A DNA stretch of 37,268 nt from Candidatus Udaeobacter sp. (GCA_036264275.1 DATARG010000164.1:1-37268), one strand, 5' to 3'. Shown: positions 27,291 to 36,204, counted from the stretch's first letter. A program made the numbers and translations. The notes: generated from the letters alone by a model not told the origin.

Positions 27291-27345
27291 TTGTAGGGCA
27301 ACCGCAACGGTTGCCGAGTTAGCAGGCGGAGCGCCTCCCTTACAA
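27291..27345. repeat. REP-like double-hairpin element, copy 2
   Basis: TTGTAGGG-CAACCG-caa-CGGTTG-CC...AGGCG-gag-CGCCT-CCCTTACAA. It fills the gap between two convergent stop codons (27278 and 27349). Confidence 0.6.
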
Positions 27346-27348
27346 TTT

Positions 27349-28092
27349 TTAGATCTGCTTGAATCGCGGACGCTGATTTGGATCCGCTGCAAGCAGCGCT
27401 TTCCAGCGCACGATTCGCGCACCTTGGGCTTCAAAAAGCTCGCGCAGTTCTGATGTGAAAAATGAAGAGCCGTCGGCGCGCCGGTTAAATTCCAAAAGAA
27501 GCCGCCCACCAGATTCGAGGAATCTTGAGCGCACATCGTTGATGAAAAATTTCCAGTCGGCTGCTGTCCATTCAAGCCATTCACCGTTTTCGCGCCGCGC
27601 GATTCGGTGGAAGCAGACGCGATGTGCGGTAACGAGATCAAATTTTCTGCCAAGATCGGGCAAAGGCGCCTGCGCATTGATTCGCCCCACCACGCGATTA
27701 ACACCGAACAACTTGGTCGTGCCGCGAAAAAAAGGTTCATCATCCGGATCGAGGCCTAGCCCGTTGTGGCCAAACATCCGGCAGAGATAGAGAAAATATC
27801 CGGGGCCGCAGCCTAAATCCAGAATGTCCAGGGGCCGCGACCGATCAAGCCAGAGATCTTGAATCCGCTTTACATTAACGCCAACCCAGTAGTCTGCGTC
27901 CTCGTAGGCGTTGATCTTTCGCGCGTTCGGTCGATACGGATAATGCTCGCGCAGCCTAACCAACTCCGCTTTATCGATGCGAGCGAGAATCCGTCGAGAG
28001 CTTACTGGGTGCGTCCAGCGGGAAGCGTGCTCCAACAGACTTTCCGTCGCATCGCGGGTAAAGAGTTTTTGAAATTTTTGCGAAAACCGCAC
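27349..28092 (-). CDS. class I SAM-dependent methyltransferase
   Basis: 247-aa ORF with motif I ILDLGCGPGYFLYL and post-I GLDPD. Confidence 0.75.
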   Translation of the reverse strand: MRFSQKFQKLFTRDATESLLEHASRWTHPVSSRRILARIDKAELVRLREHYPYRPNARKINAYEDADYWVGVNVKRIQDLWLDRSRPLDILDLGCGPGYFLYLCRMFGHNGLGLDPDDEPFFRGTTKLFGVNRVVGRINAQAPLPDLGRKFDLVTAHRVCFHRIARRENGEWLEWTAADWKFFINDVRSRFLESGGRLLLEFNRRADGSSFFTSELRELFEAQGARIVRWKALLAADPNQRPRFKQI

Positions 28093-28452
28093 AGCAAACG
28101 ATGCAGAAAAGAGGCGGTTTCCTCAAGGGCGACAGTTTTGCGGCGTCACTCCTTGATTTCGACTCGAACCAGACCGGTCGAACCTGCGCGGGTCATCAAT
28201 CCGCTTGTCCAACCATTGCCGGATAAAAAAATTGCTCGTAATGCCAAAGCATTTCAAGATTCGCGACGGAGGATTTCTTCCATCGAATTTGTTGATAGTT
28301 GATTGTCCTTGGTGGAGCCAAAACTCAGCCATAAACCAGATCTGATATTATTCAGACTGAAACTGACGCCATCGCAGATGAGAACGCCGCCGGTCCCACT
28401 GCCTTCATATGCAATCGATTGAATTGGTGCGGACCGGGTTTCAATCGTCCAT

Positions 28453-29529
28453 CTAGTCTCTTGAAACTAAACCGCTACGATACGCCACGACGTTCCAAGG
28501 CGCTTCCACCGCGAGCGCTGGATCTCGCAGCGTCTGGTAGGCGAAATCCGTCATTTTGGCAATGGCGCTCCGAAGCCGCCGTGTCGTGAACCAGTCTGGC
28601 CGGCGCACTTCAAAGTCGTTAGGCGTAAATTGTTCGGTAACATCAGCAGCAAAAACATCCGCCCACAATTTACCCCACACTCCTCGTGCGAACAGATCGT
28701 TATCGGAACGCAGTTCTTCTTCAATGTGTCGCGCCAACGCGGTACTAAGCCCGCAGTAACCAGTGTCGGTACGATTGTTTTGGCGAAGATACTCGGCGAG
28801 TGCCACTTTGCATTTCTTTGCTTGAAGCCAGGTCATTTCCTTTCCAACGGAGCGTAATACTTCACGGGCCACGCTGACTGTGAACGGCCCGACCGCTTCA
28901 TTGCGTCGCACGGCGCGATCTCGAAACTGTGAGGAGGTTATGCCGATGGTATCGAGAAATTCCGGTATCACGCCGCGGCGAAGAGTTTCCTTGTTGAATG
29001 GGCGAGCAATCAGCTCGGCGCCGTGAGTTTCTGCCAATTCAATCCAACGTGAGAACCTTGAATCTGGAGATTGAGCAAACCCGAATGCGCCCGATTCGAA
29101 CGAATCGGACCGGCGAAAGGCTTTGACCGAGTGGGAATAGCTCGAATTGATCCATTGCGACTGGTTACGCGGAAAGAGGATGAGCTTTGGTTGGAGGTTC
29201 AGCTCGTGGATTCGGTTGAAGAAAGTTTTGGTATTCTGTCGGTTTCTAAAGAGTCCCTCCAAAGCTTCAGACGAAATGATGATGGCCTGCGCAGGAGTTT
29301 CAGCAATTTCTGCGATGGATCTCGCCACCAGCGACTCACGATGTTCTCCTACGTCGAGTCCGGCCAAACCCTCCACCAGCGCGTGATGCGAACCGCGCTT
29401 CGTTTCGCTCTCAGGCACGAAATAACCATCGTTGAGCAATTCGGCGCGGTTCTCCTGCAAAAACCATTGGATCGAAGTGGTACCGGTCTTGTGTGGCCCC
29501 GCGTGGATGTGACAGATCCGCTTTGTCAT
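28453..29529 (-). CDS. hypothetical protein with sulfotransferase-like PAPS loop
   Basis: 358-aa ORF. N-terminal CHIHAGPHKTGTTSIQWFL resembles the 5'-phosphosulfate-binding loop of sulfotransferase-fold proteins. The rest is unassigned. Confidence 0.55.
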   Translation of the reverse strand: MTKRICHIHAGPHKTGTTSIQWFLQENRAELLNDGYFVPESETKRGSHHALVEGLAGLDVGEHRESLVARSIAEIAETPAQAIIISSEALEGLFRNRQNTKTFFNRIHELNLQPKLILFPRNQSQWINSSYSHSVKAFRRSDSFESGAFGFAQSPDSRFSRWIELAETHGAELIARPFNKETLRRGVIPEFLDTIGITSSQFRDRAVRRNEAVGPFTVSVAREVLRSVGKEMTWLQAKKCKVALAEYLRQNNRTDTGYCGLSTALARHIEEELRSDNDLFARGVWGKLWADVFAADVTEQFTPNDFEVRRPDWFTTRRLRSAIAKMTDFAYQTLRDPALAVEAPWNVVAYRSGLVSRD

Positions 29530-29685
29530 GCCTGTAGGGCTTGAGTGTTATTCAGAAGGAAGGCGAAGCAGATCACATTTGCTCACCGACCCAGACAAAG
29601 CAAGCCTAGACATTGTTCACTCGACTCGGATTATCGGCACAAGTGTTGATCAAATCGCGAATATCGTTTATGCGGAAAAACACCA

Positions 29686-30336
29686 ATGCCGGAGTATATT
29701 GACAAACCAGAACCACGCGGACAGACGATAGCCGCGGTTCTCGCCGTGGGCGCTATTTACCTGGCTCTGCCGCGCAACCTCGTTATCGGACCGATCTGGT
29801 TGCTACCGACGGTGATTGTCGTTTTGCTCGTGCCGACTGTAGTGAGCCATCGGGTAGGGAAACAATCACTCAATCGCCTTCTGGGATTCATTATTAACGG
29901 AATAACAACACTGGCGCTGATTGCCTCGGTAATCTTGCTTGTGCGCCTTTTGCCGACGCACCGCGAACCGTCATTGCAGTTGCTCCGTTCCGGCGGCCTG
30001 CTTTGGCTGACGAACGTGATCGTGTTTGCTTTGTGGTACTGGCGCCTGGACGGCGGCGGGCCAACTCTGCGAGAGAAGCAACGCAGGTTCGGCAGCAAAA
30101 GTTTCCTTTTCCCACAGATGCAAATCACGCACGACGAGCGACCCGAATTTGCGTGTGCGCGCTGGCACCCGCGCTTTGTCGATTATCTGTTCGTCGCGTT
30201 CACACAAAGCTCTACATTCGGTCCGACCGACGCGCCGCTGCTCGCGCGCTGGGCGAAGGTTTTGGCAATGATCCAGATCTCCATCTCGCTTAGCATTGTC
30301 GTCTTGCTGATCTCGGCAGCCGTTGGAGCTCTGTAA
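29686..30336 (+). CDS. DUF1345-like integral membrane protein
   Basis: 216-aa ORF with 4-5 TM segments. FLFPQM...VDYLFVAFTQSSTFGPTD matches my recollection of the DUF1345 signature. Confidence 0.6.
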   Translation: MPEYIDKPEPRGQTIAAVLAVGAIYLALPRNLVIGPIWLLPTVIVVLLVPTVVSHRVGKQSLNRLLGFIINGITTLALIASVILLVRLLPTHREPSLQLLRSGGLLWLTNVIVFALWYWRLDGGGPTLREKQRRFGSKSFLFPQMQITHDERPEFACARWHPRFVDYLFVAFTQSSTFGPTDAPLLARWAKVLAMIQISISLSIVVLLISAAVGAL

Positions 30337-30444
30337 TTCGCCGGTTCTCAGACTGTAGCCACGGCGCTGTGTGCCGTTCAGTTTTGTCAGCGCTTCTTTA
30401 ACCGCCCCCAGCACGATGGCTACAGAGAAATTGTAAGCCGTGAC

Positions 30445-30588
30445 CTACTTGCCGACTAAAATCAAGATGCCGGTCAACAACGCCAAAACTCCCATCACGA
30501 TTGCACCGATACCAACGTGAAAGAGCGTAGTGATGCCAACAAGAATCAGGTAGATGGCGAGCAACAGCATTCCAATGTTTTTTGTCAT
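30445..30588 (-). CDS. possible 47-aa two-helix membrane peptide
   Basis: Too short to appear in the ORF track. Reverse-strand ATG 30588 to TAG 30445: MTKNIGMLLLAIYLILVGITTLFHVGIGAIVMGVLALLTGILILVGK. Strongly hydrophobic, non-random composition. No clear RBS seen. Confidence 0.4.
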   Translation of the reverse strand: MTKNIGMLLLAIYLILVGITTLFHVGIGAIVMGVLALLTGILILVGK

Positions 30589-30760
30589 AGCCGGTCTTTG
30601 TGACGCGAAGTGTGCGCCGTTGCACGCTTAAAACGCGCGGGGCTTGAAAATCAATGGACGAATGACGTTTTCCGAGAATGGACGCAGATGAGAGAATTGC
30701 CGTTTAGCAGTTCACGGCGCGCGCCGTTTTATTATTTACGCTGCTAATCGCGACGGGCGT

Positions 30761-32092
30761 TCAAGTTTCATTACGCTTGGACGGAACCAGAATTGCTTCG
30801 CTCATGCCGTGCAAAAACTTCTTATCTGCTGGAGCGATAGTAGCCAGCGCACCGCGTAACTTCACACGATCGCTTTCGACGAAATAATACGGGCACAGCC
30901 GTACGCGTCCTTTCATGGCCTTGAGTTCGCCTGAATTTGAATCCCAATAATTGTGCTCAAATAAACGGCCTTTGTGAAAACGCTGCATAATCGTTGGTGA
31001 CGATTCAGATGTTGCCAAAGCGTGTTCGATTCGCTTTTCCCAATCTGCGTGCGGTAGGTCGCTCCCGAGGGTCACGCCGCGGCTGCCCCAGCCAAGCGGG
31101 GAAAAACCGCTCACTTTCAAGAGAAGATCGCGATCTTTCTGGCTGAACTTTGCAGCCTCCCGCCAGTCATGAATTTCCAAACGTGGAATAACTGCGTGCT
31201 GGGGCAAGGGAGTCGGATCGAGCAGCCAGGAGTAGGGAATTACTTCCTGTAATTTGATGAAGTACTTGTCGCCCAGTTCGCGTCGCCAAAATTCGCGCAG
31301 CGGCTGAAGCCAGAATAACGCGAACCACATTTTCTCCTCAAGATATGGCTTGATCGGCGGCGTGATTGTAATCCGCCCTTCGGCGTTCGCCCGTAGCGCA
31401 TTTTGGACTCCGGGAATATTTGGCAGATCAAACAACTCGAAAAATCTATACAGAGAGCGTCCATCGTGCGGTTCGTAATTTTCTGCCGGCATCACGCGCC
31501 AGGACGGGGTTTGAGGTTTGAGATTTGAGGTTTGATTTAATCGCGCAGCGAGCCACTCCATCTCCGGCCGGTAAGTTGCCGATTCCTCGGAAATGACGAT
31601 GTCGGCGCCATTTGGCACAATTGCGCGAAATCCCTCCAGCATACCGGTCGCGTTGCCTATGATGTCGTTATCGAATGAAGAATACGTCTGGTTTAACCAA
31701 CCGGTTAGGCCAATACCGCCAGGGACGGAATCTATCTCGGCGATGATGTAGCCTTTCTCGGTGAGGATGAGATCTGGCCGGATTACTCGCGGCAAATCGT
31801 CGCGAATTTCCTTCCGCCGCGAAAATTCAATCAACTCTTTCGGTTTACCGGCGTCGAGATAACGCGCGACCCACTCAGGCTGTTTGCCTTTAACACTGAG
31901 CTGATACAGCTGATTGCAAGCCCGCTGAAAAACGAACAGGCGATGCCCGAGCTGCTCGAGGTCGGTGAGAGACTTACTTTCGATCGGAAATGCGTCCGGC
32001 GAGAGCAGCCACTCTTTCTCGGCGAAAAAACCCTCCTTTGGAAAAGCGGCGCGAATCGTGGCGAGCCGGTCCGGCTGTTCCTGCACTTGCAT
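30761..32092 (-). CDS. hypothetical protein (possibly ATP-grasp-like ligase fold)
   Basis: The track ORF starts at TTG 32110; ATG 32092 (MQVQEQ...) is more likely. RPDLILTEKGYIIAEIDSVPGGIG and the C-terminal KVSGFSPLGWGSRGV...VRLCPYYF are reminiscent of ATP-grasp enzymes. The function call is weak. Confidence 0.6.
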   Translation of the reverse strand: MQVQEQPDRLATIRAAFPKEGFFAEKEWLLSPDAFPIESKSLTDLEQLGHRLFVFQRACNQLYQLSVKGKQPEWVARYLDAGKPKELIEFSRRKEIRDDLPRVIRPDLILTEKGYIIAEIDSVPGGIGLTGWLNQTYSSFDNDIIGNATGMLEGFRAIVPNGADIVISEESATYRPEMEWLAARLNQTSNLKPQTPSWRVMPAENYEPHDGRSLYRFFELFDLPNIPGVQNALRANAEGRITITPPIKPYLEEKMWFALFWLQPLREFWRRELGDKYFIKLQEVIPYSWLLDPTPLPQHAVIPRLEIHDWREAAKFSQKDRDLLLKVSGFSPLGWGSRGVTLGSDLPHADWEKRIEHALATSESSPTIMQRFHKGRLFEHNYWDSNSGELKAMKGRVRLCPYYFVESDRVKLRGALATIAPADKKFLHGMSEAILVPSKRNET

Positions 32093-32101
32093 GTTAAAGA
32101 G

Positions 32102-32140
32102 AACGTCCAACGCTCAACGCCGAACGTCCAATGCCGAATC
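32102..32140 (+). repeat. CA-rich simple repeat (QTSN-type module), intergenic copy
   Basis: AACGTCCAACGCTCAACGCCGAACGTCCAATGCCGAATC. The first 30 nt are 26/30 identical to the reverse complement of 34055-34084. Confidence 0.55.
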
Positions 32141-32149
32141 GACGGAATG

Positions 32150-32210
32150 TTGTAGGGCGTCTCTGTGAGACGCCGCTCTTGGGAAGGCGTTTGACACAAA
32201 CGCCCTACAA
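32150..32210. repeat. REP-like double-hairpin element, copy 3
   Basis: TTGTAGG-GCGTCTC-tgt-GAGACGC-C...GGCGTTTG-aca-CAAACGCC-CTACAA. It ends on the nucleotide before the ruvA stop codon (ruvA is on the minus strand). Confidence 0.65.
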
Positions 32211-32828
32211 TCATCTTCCGCTTGCCATTTTCTTCAGCGCCAGCTTCACGAGTTCTTCGGCTGATTTGCCCGCCCCTTCGCCTTTCTGCTGCAAATCGTG
32301 CACCGCCTTATGCGCATCGACTTGTTTGTAGCCGAGCGCGATCAACGCAAGCACTGCTTCATTCGCCTGCTCCTGCTCAGGCGTCGGGGCGTGCGCGGCA
32401 CTGGCTGCTTCCCATGCTGCGGCCACGCCGAGTTTATCTTTCAATTCGAGGACAATTCGCTCAGCTGTCTTTTTTCCAAGGCCGCTAATTTTCGAAATCG
32501 CCGCGACATCGGAGTTCACCACAGCTGCTTTGAAACTGGTCACGCTCAACCCGCTCAAGACCGCGAGCGCCAGCTTCGGCCCGATGCCCGAGACGTTGTT
32601 TACGAGCAATCGGAAAAGATCACGCTCGGCTGCTGTCATGAATCCATAAAGTACGTGCGCATCCTCGCGCACCGCCAAGTGCGTAAGAATACGGATCGGT
32701 TGCCCGACAGAGGGCAGCTTGTCGTAGCTAGACAGCGGAATGAAAACTTCGTAGCCAACACCGGCTACATCCACGATCGCCTGCGTGGGCAGGGCGTTCA
32801 CGAGTTTACCATCAAGGAACGTGATCAT
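32211..32828 (-). CDS. ruvA: Holliday junction branch migration complex subunit RuvA
   Basis: 205-aa ORF: MITFLDGKLV...VDVAGVGYEVFIPLSSY, with HhH motifs (GIGPKLALAVLS, GLGKKTAERIVLELK). Confidence 0.9.
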   Translation of the reverse strand: MITFLDGKLVNALPTQAIVDVAGVGYEVFIPLSSYDKLPSVGQPIRILTHLAVREDAHVLYGFMTAAERDLFRLLVNNVSGIGPKLALAVLSGLSVTSFKAAVVNSDVAAISKISGLGKKTAERIVLELKDKLGVAAAWEAASAAHAPTPEQEQANEAVLALIALGYKQVDAHKAVHDLQQKGEGAGKSAEELVKLALKKMASGR

Positions 32829-32840
32829 GGGTTCGTTAAG

Positions 32841-33010
32841 GCGTTGAAGAGTTGAAGCGTTGAAGCGACGATGCGTTCCTTGTCATTCTGAGAGCAACGA
32901 AGAATCTCTGATATTTCTGGAGACCGTCTGTCACAAAGCCGATAGCCACAGATGTTTCGCTTCGCTCAACATGACAGACGAAAAAGACGCTTCAACGTTT
33001 TATCGCTTCA
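32841..33010. repeat. nested palindromic MITE-like element
   Basis: The outer perfect 10-bp inverted repeat is CGTTGAAGCG (32858-32867) / CGCTTCAACG (32988-32997), set inside GTTGAAG simple repeats. The inner 30-nt arms are TGTCATTCTGAGAGCAACGAAGAATCTCTG (32881-32910) and its 22/30 inverted partner (32947-32976). Confidence 0.55.
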
Positions 33011-33015
33011 GGCAA

Positions 33016-34578
33016 TCACTCTTGTTTCAGCACCAGCGTCAGATCGACGCGTTTGCCTTTCGCGATGTTGAAACCACTGACTGTAAAGAATCGCCAGCTT
33101 GCCGGTGGACTCGCAAAAATTTCGCCCGCCACGGACGTCGGTAGAACGATGAAACTTCGGCCGGGTGCGCTCATGAACTCAACGGCGCGGCGCCTGTTCA
33201 GCGGGGTGAGAAAATCTTGAACACGGGAACGAAAATACCAGACCAGACTTGGTTCCTGGAATTCGACGGCAGCAAATTGCATCTTCGGCTGCAATGATGT
33301 GCGAGACACTTGAAAGAGCTGATAGGCGGGAAAAAAGCGCGCAACCATTGGCGGGATCACGAGTGCAATTCCGATCCAAACGCATGCGACAGTGATGGCA
33401 ATCATTGCAAATGAGGAGCGCCGTGTTTCAGCCATAGCTGGTTGCCAGTACCGCGCAAGCAGAAGCGCAAGCAGCGGAAAAGCAGGCAGCGTGTAGTGCG
33501 GTAACTTCGTGCTGACCAGGGTAAAGATGAGAAAGATGATCGCGATCCCAGTTAGCAGATAAGTGTCGATCAGCATTCCTCTGTAGCCGGTCTTGCTGAC
33601 TCCGCTTTCTTCTCTTCGCCATAGCTTGCGAATTAGCCATGGCAACTTGATCGACCACGGAAAGAAACTGATGAACACGGTGACAAAATAAAACGGCAAT
33701 AATAGCGCGTACATACCGAAGGAGCTCGCGCCGTGACCTTCCAATGTTGAAAATGAACGGCTGACAACGTGTCGTCCGATTCCGATCGCGAAAAATTCGC
33801 CGCGTGTTTGAATCAGCGCTGGAATTCCCCAGACCGCGATGATGGCAAGCATCAGCATAACACCAATCGCAAACTTGAAGAGTCGTACCAGTAGCCAATC
33901 TCGCGTGTAGATAATTACCACAGCGACAGTCAATAGCGGTGTCCATGCGATTGGGCCTTTAGCAAGAAAGCCGAAGGCAAGCGAGATGTAGAAAGTCAGC
34001 CACCAAATCGACGTTTGATGTTCGATGTTTGATGTTTGATCTACTTTTTCTGATTTGAGCGTTGGGCGTTGAGCGTTGGGCGTTCGGCCTCGAATCAGTT
34101 CATATCCAGCCCAATTCGCCAACGTCACGAACAACACGAGCCACATGTCGGCGACAGCGGCCTTGGCGTGAACGAACGTCTGGAGCGAAAGCGTAAAGAT
34201 AATTGCAGCCCAACACCCGGGCTTTTCTCCTCCGATTCGGCGACCCCATCCCAGGATCACAAGCGCTGTTCCCGCTGCGGCGATTGCCGACGGGAATCGC
34301 GCCGCAAAATCGTTTTCACCAAAAATGTGATAGCTGGCGACCTGTGCCCAATAGGTGAGAGGAGGCTTATCGAGTCGAAGTTGATTATTAAAATACGGAA
34401 CGACGTAGTTCGCGCGCTCGATCATTTCGCGTGACGCTTCGGCAAAGCGCGGCTCATCGCGATCGATCAGGGGCAAGCTCCATGTACCAAGAATGTGAAA
34501 GACGACGCAGCCAAAAAATAAAATCGCATACTTTGTCGTCGTCGAGTTTATCCTGCTCATGCTCCTACTCGTGCTCAT
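33016..34578 (-). CDS. ArnT/PMT-like glycosyltransferase (GT39/GT83 family), polytopic membrane protein
   Basis: First-loop motif PLIDRDEPRFAEASREM, then YFNNQLRLDKPPLTYW and about 12 TM segments. The track start is 34683; ATG 34578 or 34560 are more likely given the divergent PAP2 gene at 34652. Confidence 0.82.
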   Translation of the reverse strand: MSTSRSMSRINSTTTKYAILFFGCVVFHILGTWSLPLIDRDEPRFAEASREMIERANYVVPYFNNQLRLDKPPLTYWAQVASYHIFGENDFAARFPSAIAAAGTALVILGWGRRIGGEKPGCWAAIIFTLSLQTFVHAKAAVADMWLVLFVTLANWAGYELIRGRTPNAQRPTLKSEKVDQTSNIEHQTSIWWLTFYISLAFGFLAKGPIAWTPLLTVAVVIIYTRDWLLVRLFKFAIGVMLMLAIIAVWGIPALIQTRGEFFAIGIGRHVVSRSFSTLEGHGASSFGMYALLLPFYFVTVFISFFPWSIKLPWLIRKLWRREESGVSKTGYRGMLIDTYLLTGIAIIFLIFTLVSTKLPHYTLPAFPLLALLLARYWQPAMAETRRSSFAMIAITVACVWIGIALVIPPMVARFFPAYQLFQVSRTSLQPKMQFAAVEFQEPSLVWYFRSRVQDFLTPLNRRRAVEFMSAPGRSFIVLPTSVAGEIFASPPASWRFFTVSGFNIAKGKRVDLTLVLKQE

Positions 34579-34651
34579 GCTCGGTTCTGGTCGATTAGGA
34601 GCAAGAGAATAAGCAAGAGTAAGAGTTGAAACCGTTAACGGGAACTCATTT

Positions 34652-35293
34652 GTGAAGCTCAGCACAGCTCTGTATTGGCTCATCGGGATCGCAACCGCGG
34701 CGACCGCGATCGCGGTGTCATTTCATTTCGATGACACCGTGCGCGACTTCATGATGCAGCATCAAAACCCTGCGATGCGCAGCTTCATGCGCTACGTCAG
34801 CTTATGGGGAGATTGGCCGTTGCATACGGCAATAGGATTGATTCTCCTCGGTTTCGCGTGGCGCCGCGGCAGCCGGGAATGGACACGAATTTTCCTCGCC
34901 ATGTTGCTGGCCATGATGCTGGCAGGCGTAACAGGGACCGTGATTAAGCGCAGCGTTCCCCGAGCGCGCCCGTCAGTGCACACCGAAACGCGTTGGGGTG
35001 GTCAGCGCTTTAACTCGAAGTTTCACTCTTTTCCATCCGGACATGCCGGCGCCTCGACGGCATTCTTTGGTGTTTTGCTTTTCGCGCGTCGACGCGTCGG
35101 CCTTGCATGCCTCTCAATCCCGATTCTGATCGGGTTCTCGCGGATGTACGTCGGCGCGCATTATCTCTCCGATGTTGTGTGCGCCGCTGTATTGGGATTT
35201 TTGTGCGCTCTACTCGTCAAGAGCCTGCTGTTAATCGAGCAGCAAACGTCAAATACGGAAGATCGAACATTGGACCCGCGGAGGCGCAGATGA
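34652..35293 (+). CDS. PAP2 superfamily phosphatase
   Basis: GTG start. All three acid-phosphatase motifs are present: KRSVPRARP, PSGH and SRMYVGAHYLSD. Confidence 0.85.
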   Translation: MKLSTALYWLIGIATAATAIAVSFHFDDTVRDFMMQHQNPAMRSFMRYVSLWGDWPLHTAIGLILLGFAWRRGSREWTRIFLAMLLAMMLAGVTGTVIKRSVPRARPSVHTETRWGGQRFNSKFHSFPSGHAGASTAFFGVLLFARRRVGLACLSIPILIGFSRMYVGAHYLSDVVCAAVLGFLCALLVKSLLLIEQQTSNTEDRTLDPRRRR

Positions 35294-35565
35294 TTTAGAG
35301 CTGCGCTTTGGGTCTGAAGTAAAGGCGTGATTTTAACGATGCGCATCAGTTGGACCCCGTTAAGTAATGCGCACGACTCTGTAATCGCACCCGCCCCTGC
35401 GCGAGTTCGCACACCACCCCGGTCGCATCTTCGAAGCACAAACGCCGACTCAACTGCTGGCAATTTTTAGGGGCTGGTTCCGGGATTTAATGGATGCTTA
35501 AGTGCGAGCGCTTGCTGGGCACGCGCTCTGTTAACGGTGTCGGTGTTGGATTGTTAGGGTTCGTA

Positions 35566-36024
35566 TCAGGGACTAAAATTCGCCGTCTCCGTAATGGGTC
35601 CACCCATTGTGATTGAAGCTGGATCATTCATGCCAGTATAGGAGCCCGTGCCGCTGCCCACCCAGTCGAGAAAAGTGAAGCCCCGATTCGGTCTTGCCTT
35701 TATGGTCACACGCGCTCCAGCGTTATGCCACCCGCTGGCCGGTGTCACTGTGCCGCCAGGTTCCGCACTCATCGTCAGGAAGTACTGCGTCTGAAATGTT
35801 GCCGTGTAAGTCTTGTTGGTCGTCGGAATGACAACGTGCGAGATCGTTCCGTGATCACTCCATTTCGACCACAGATACTGCACACCTGAGCCACCGCTTT
35901 GAGGTGAAGTGGTGGCAATGGTGTGACTCGAACCGGCTGCCCAAGTGAACTGTTGCTGGGAGCTGTAGGTCGTGCCGTCAACGGAGAAGGTGCGGCCAAC
36001 GGGGTTTGTTCCCACATTTACCAA
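35566..36024 (-). CDS. InlB B-repeat-like domain protein, probably a C-terminal gene fragment
   Basis: 152-aa ORF with a TTG start and no signal peptide. YFLTMSAEPGGTVTPASGWHNAGARVTIKARPNRGFTFLDWVGSG fits the divergent InlB B-repeat pattern. Upstream protein-like sequence (GTTATPSPTATPTS) lies in another frame. Confidence 0.5.
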   Translation of the reverse strand: MVNVGTNPVGRTFSVDGTTYSSQQQFTWAAGSSHTIATTSPQSGGSGVQYLWSKWSDHGTISHVVIPTTNKTYTATFQTQYFLTMSAEPGGTVTPASGWHNAGARVTIKARPNRGFTFLDWVGSGTGSYTGMNDPASITMGGPITETANFSP

Positions 36025-36204
36025 CGCTTGTTGGTGTTGCTGTAGGTGAAGGCGTTGCCGTTGTGCCGACTACGAACTGCGATTGGCCTGGGATGCCGTT
36101 GGCGAAGACAGTCCCCAGCTGGTCCTCGTTCGCTGAAGCTTCGGAGGGCGCACCTTGTTCTGCAACAAATCGCAAATCACCAATCAACAATCGAAAATGC
36201 AATG

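Noticed and set aside
28093-28452. ORF-poor 360-bp gap with a 69-aa minus-strand ORF (28123..28332)
   Set aside because: The composition is not protein-like and no motif is present. It may be a decayed gene or a long 5' leader, and nothing here can be tested from sequence alone.
30704-30747. TTAGCAG...ACGGCGCGCGCCGT-TTTATTATTT...CTGCTAA palindrome as an intrinsic terminator
   Set aside because: The T-tract follows the hairpin only on the plus strand, where no gene ends nearby. On the minus strand, downstream of the 449-aa gene, no U-tract follows. The central 14-bp palindrome leaves at most a 4-nt loop.
34010-34087. Short tandem repeats (GTTTGAT, GAGCGTTGGGCGTT) considered as a CRISPR or minisatellite array
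   Set aside because: The units are only 7-14 nt with no unique spacers, and they lie inside an intact membrane-protein CDS. I treated them as a simple-repeat insertion instead (see the QTSN finding).
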